Below, piece by piece: positions 60,493 to 64,000 of a DNA stretch of 64,000 nt (the first letter of the stretch is position 1; each line of letters starts with the position of its first letter). The translations under genes were made by a program, and so were the position numbers. Below the pieces are notes generated by a model, which was not told the origin of the DNA, ran no database searches, and was given only the letters and a program-made list of their open reading frames with translations. This DNA is from Candidatus Poribacteria bacterium (GTDB lineage: Bacteria > Poribacteria > WGA-4E > WGA-3G): positions 3,232,001-3,296,000 of the forward strand of contig OZ243938.1 in assembly GCA_965214095.1 (NCBI GenBank), written 5' to 3'.

Positions 60493-61743
60493 CTAATTTT
60501 GTGAAATCCATTTGATGCGTGCGCCGTCCCCAACGTTGCATACATAAATTTCTGGTTCAATACCAGTGCGTTGTGTATACTCTTTCATTACCCGATTATG
60601 TAACGTCTCTACTGCATCTTGATAGACTAAATTCACTGTACATCCACCAAATCCTGCACCTGTCATTCTTGCACCGATGACACCCTCAATACTTTGCGCG
60701 ATTTCTGTTAGTATGTTTAATTCATCACAACTCACTTCATAAGCGTCCCGTAGTCCTGCGTGTGATTCATTCATCAGTGTGCCAAAGGTGCTGATATTCT
60801 TGGTTGTGAGAGCATTTACAGCCGTTTGTACACGTGTGTTCTCCTCAACAACGTACCTACACCTTTTTTGTGTAATTTGTGGTAGTTCTGCTTCATATTT
60901 TTTGAAATCGTCCAGTGTCACATCGCGAAGGGAAGTAATAGAAGGCATCCATTGTTGCATAATTTCAACTCCCTTCTCACATTCAGCACGACGTTTATTA
61001 TACTCTGAGGAGGCGAGTTCACGTTTGACATTTGTATTACAAATTACAAGCAGAATATCTTCCAAGTTGAGTGGAACATGTTTGTATTCAAGAGAACGGC
61101 AATCCAAAAACAGGGCGTAGTCTGTTTTTCCTAATAGCGATATTGAGGGGTCCATAATTCCGCAGTTGACACCAGCAAATTCGTGTTCTGTGCGTTGACA
61201 AAGCGCGGCTAACTCGGTAGGGGGTAGTTCAATTTTAGTTGCCTCACTATTGGTATTTATTTCTGTTCCATCTAACTGTAGACTGCACACTCCCAAGAAA
61301 GCAAGTGTTGAAGCGACTGAAAGTGCTGCGGAGGAACTGAGTCCTGCCCCAATCGGTACATCACCAGAAATAATGCCGGACATACCCATTAACGTGTGAT
61401 CAATTTCATTCAAAACCTGTTCTTGCAATAGATGTGCAACACCCTTTAAATAATTACTCCAAGCAGGTGTATCCGATGTGTCAACCGTATCCAGACTGAA
61501 GGTATATTCTTCATCCATATCTAACGCGTGTAGATGCACTTGACGGTCAGGTCGCTTGCCACCGACAATGTGGATGTATTTATCAATTGCAACTGGAAAT
61601 ACGAAACCATCATTATAGTCTGTATGTTCACCGATGAGATTAACGCGTCCTGGGGCAGAAACGATGAATTCTGGAGAATGACCGAAACGGTTAATAAATT
61701 CCAGTTTCAATCTATTGATATTTTCAGGTTCTTTTTTTCTCAT
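60493..61743 (-). CDS. galK: Galactokinase
   Basis: APGRVNLIGEHTDYN, PIGAGLSSSA, GARMTGAGFGGC; start moved from 61812 to ATG 61743. Confidence 0.95.
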   Translation of the reverse strand: MRKKEPENINRLKLEFINRFGHSPEFIVSAPGRVNLIGEHTDYNDGFVFPVAIDKYIHIVGGKRPDRQVHLHALDMDEEYTFSLDTVDTSDTPAWSNYLKGVAHLLQEQVLNEIDHTLMGMSGIISGDVPIGAGLSSSAALSVASTLAFLGVCSLQLDGTEINTNSEATKIELPPTELAALCQRTEHEFAGVNCGIMDPSISLLGKTDYALFLDCRSLEYKHVPLNLEDILLVICNTNVKRELASSEYNKRRAECEKGVEIMQQWMPSITSLRDVTLDDFKKYEAELPQITQKRCRYVVEENTRVQTAVNALTTKNISTFGTLMNESHAGLRDAYEVSCDELNILTEIAQSIEGVIGARMTGAGFGGCTVNLVYQDAVETLHNRVMKEYTQRTGIEPEIYVCNVGDGARIKWISQN

Positions 61744-61786
61744 TTGATATTTTAAGTGGATGGAACTTGATCTGTGTTTTTCAGGA

Positions 61787-62551
61787 TCAATCCTTAATAG
61801 GTGTAGCAGCAAAGAACTTTAGTAATTTTACTACCATCGTGTACAACTCTGTTCGCGGAACATAACAGTCTACACTAATATCCGGTGTGATTTCTCTATT
61901 CTTCTCAGGCAGGAGTTGCTCTTCAGGAGCATGCAATGCGGGTTGTGGATTGATTCGCGCCATATTTTCCGTTTTAGATTCATTTTCTGCAATTACGATT
62001 TCTCCAACTGGAAGATGTGTGGTAAGTTGCGGAACATCTGTCTCTGTCAATATAGTTAGGTGTGGAAGAGATACCTCTGCTAACTCCTCCAACTGTATCA
62101 TCAGTGGAATAATTTCATTAAAGGAACATTGTGTTTCAGTTGGACTTGCTGTAATAACAGAAAGTAGAGGTATTGATTTCGCCAAGGCATTTCTGATTGT
62201 CTCAGAAAAAACACTTAGATGCCGATGTTCAAGCGTAGTTTCGGGTTGTAGTATAAACAGACTCACTGGATAACCTTCAATATTCTCTTCAATGCTAATT
62301 ACATCAATTGTTATTGCATTTTCGTTGTTTATGTCATTTGAATTCGTATCTGTAGTATCATTTGATGTATCATCACCCCGTAAGAGTTTAATACGATTTT
62401 CAATAGATATAACAAATAGTTTTTTGCACTTCGGACAGGTAAAACTATTGCGTTCTAACTCTCCTCTAAATGCTACTTCACCACAGTATTTGCATTTTTG
62501 CCATAAACTGATGTTATCTTCAGTGACTTCTGTGCTTCGGACTGTTTCCAT
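61787..62551 (-). CDS. AccD-like protein with C4 Zn ribbon and degenerate carboxyltransferase domain
   Basis: WQKCKYC...CPKC...ISIENRI and C-terminal VDCYVPRTEL follow the AccD layout; GGSMG and SGGARMQE motifs absent. Confidence 0.65.
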   Translation of the reverse strand: METVRSTEVTEDNISLWQKCKYCGEVAFRGELERNSFTCPKCKKLFVISIENRIKLLRGDDTSNDTTDTNSNDINNENAITIDVISIEENIEGYPVSLFILQPETTLEHRHLSVFSETIRNALAKSIPLLSVITASPTETQCSFNEIIPLMIQLEELAEVSLPHLTILTETDVPQLTTHLPVGEIVIAENESKTENMARINPQPALHAPEEQLLPEKNREITPDISVDCYVPRTELYTMVVKLLKFFAATPIKD

Positions 62552-62590
62552 TTTTCAACCAAGTAAATTCGTAAATGTAATATCTTTAAA

Positions 62591-62935
62591 CTATAAAAAA
62601 CTTGCTATTGCATCTGCTTCTGTGTCGTAACGGTCAAAAATTGTTACAAGTTTTGCCATAATGATGAGACTTCTGATGTTTCCTCCAATATTGAGGAGAA
62701 CAATTCTGCCATTATTACGTTTGATAGATGCATAGGCTGCGACAATGACTCCTAACCCGGAACTATCCATCATTTGTACACGTTCCAAATTCAAGATCAT
62801 AAACACCGGTTGCCCGCGTGCTTCACGAACTTGGTCGTCAATGGCGTTTTTCAGTGCGATGGTGTTAGGACCAACAAGGTTTCCTTCAACATCTAAAATA
62901 ATAACACTCCCTTTATGCCGTAAGTTGATTTGCAT
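62591..62935 (-). CDS. STAS-domain anti-sigma factor antagonist (RsbV/SpoIIAA-like)
   Basis: ILNLERVQMMDSSGLGVIV with phospho-acceptor Ser motif. Confidence 0.88.
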   Translation of the reverse strand: MQINLRHKGSVIILDVEGNLVGPNTIALKNAIDDQVREARGQPVFMILNLERVQMMDSSGLGVIVAAYASIKRNNGRIVLLNIGGNIRSLIIMAKLVTIFDRYDTEADAIASFL

Positions 62936-63077
62936 AAATTCTCCTTTCTCCTTGAATGTTCATCTGAATCATCAGCACGTGAAGAATTGGATATAGGACA
63001 AGGTGCTTTGTTAATCTGTATACTGTTTACCTCAGTATAGTCTTCAACCATCTTTCTGGTATGTAACAAATTCAGAA

Positions 63078-63491
63078 TTACTTATATTTAACCATTTTGA
63101 CGATGGTACCGTTAGCCTCGAATTCTACCTCGTCCATGCATGCTTCCATCAGGAAAATGCCACGTCCGCTACTTTTGAGCAGGTTCTCAGGTTCAAGAGG
63201 GTTTGCGACCTCCTCGCGTTCAAACCCAATTCCTTCATCTGTTACGACAATTGTAAGTCTATCCTTATCTATAAGAAACTCAAAAATAGCGGTCTTATTG
63301 ATGTCTTCTTTATTGCCGTGTTTGATCGCGTTTGTCCCTGCTTCAATGACAGCGAGATTCACATGTTCCTGCGCTTCTTCATTAAAATCCATCTCTCTCA
63401 GAATATCGCTAATAACAGTGTCAAGTAGATAAATCAACTGCATTGTGCTTGGGAGAGAAAGTTGAATTCGCCATTGCTTATTCTCGCCCAC
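63078..63491 (-). CDS. Anti-sigma factor / Ser kinase (RsbW-like, HATPase_c)
   Basis: LAVIEAGTNAIKHGN, VTDEGIGF, GRGIFLM. Confidence 0.88.
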   Translation of the reverse strand: MGENKQWRIQLSLPSTMQLIYLLDTVISDILREMDFNEEAQEHVNLAVIEAGTNAIKHGNKEDINKTAIFEFLIDKDRLTIVVTDEGIGFEREEVANPLEPENLLKSSGRGIFLMEACMDEVEFEANGTIVKMVKYK

Positions 63492-63567
63492 GAGTTATGC
63501 TCCTTCCTTGCGAATGCAAAGTTGCCGCGCTGAATTTTTTGTAGTATCAGTGTTCTCGATCATTTTG

Positions 63568-63999
63568 TTATGCTATCTTAGATTCAGTGCGTTTAATTAC
63601 AACTACGGCGCGGTCATCCTTAAGTTGTGTTGTCCCACTAAATTCTAAAAGTTCATTTTCAAGTATTTCACATAGAGATTCTGCGGGTAATGTTATATTT
63701 TTTGAGAAGCATTCAATCAAACGTTCTTCTCCATAAAATTCATTTGGTATTTTCCCCTCTGTTTCGGTTACACCATCAGTATAAAGTAATAGGACATCTC
63801 CTGGCGTTAATAGACATGTATCAAAAGAAAAAGTGGCAATATCGAATGCCCCTATTAACATTCCACCCGTTTCAAGCAACTCAACCTTATCCGGACTTTT
63901 ATCGGGGTGTTCTGTATTTGCTGATTCTACAATGAAATGGATTGGTGGACAGTGTCCACCGTTGGCATAAGTAAATTTTCCTGTCTCTAATTCTAATAT
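63568..63999 (-). CDS. PP2C-family phosphatase (RsbU/SpoIIE-like), 3' part
   Basis: Frame open to window end: FTYANGGHCPP...GDVLLLYTDGVTE...DDRAVVVI. Confidence 0.88.
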   Translation of the reverse strand: MLELETGKFTYANGGHCPPIHFIVESANTEHPDKSPDKVELLETGGMLIGAFDIATFSFDTCLLTPGDVLLLYTDGVTETEGKIPNEFYGEERLIECFSKNITLPAESLCEILENELLEFSGTTQLKDDRAVVVIKRTESKIA

Positions 64000-64000
64000 G

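Overview
About 54 kb of this window (1-53826, all + strand) is a tandem array of 14 paralogous ~1000-aa fusion genes. Each has the layout ECF sigma factor (sigma2+sigma4), anti-sigma-like linker, one TM helix, conserved stalk and a variable beta-propeller. One has a WD40 propeller, 13 have Asp-box/BNR propellers, and one of those is split by a TAA. The array also holds a sigma-less WD40 paralog, a partial upstream WD40 gene and two secreted propeller proteins (TolB-like; WD40 + FlgD-Ig/T9SS-like CTD). All 14 genes have an ECF-type promoter with a 17-nt spacer, and the -35 falls into 4 classes that match 4 classes of sigma4.2 recognition helix (14/14). Twelve of 14 keep AAGGAGG-N5-ATG/CTG right after sigma4, which suggests a hidden sigma-less isoform. 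Sigma heads, sensors and C-terminal blades appear shuffled between paralogs. Intergenic regions carry GTAG-type REP doublets. A 406-bp IS200/IS605-type mini-element with a TnpB-omegaRNA-like RNA sits exactly between the RBS and ATG of one gene. The last 10 kb (- strand) holds rsbU(partial)-rsbW-rsbV-like genes, a degenerate accD-like gene, galK, a ROK kinase, two lipoproteins and a large outer-membrane-like protein. Protein motifs suggest Ca. Poribacteria (inference). All calls are by eye; no database searches were run.
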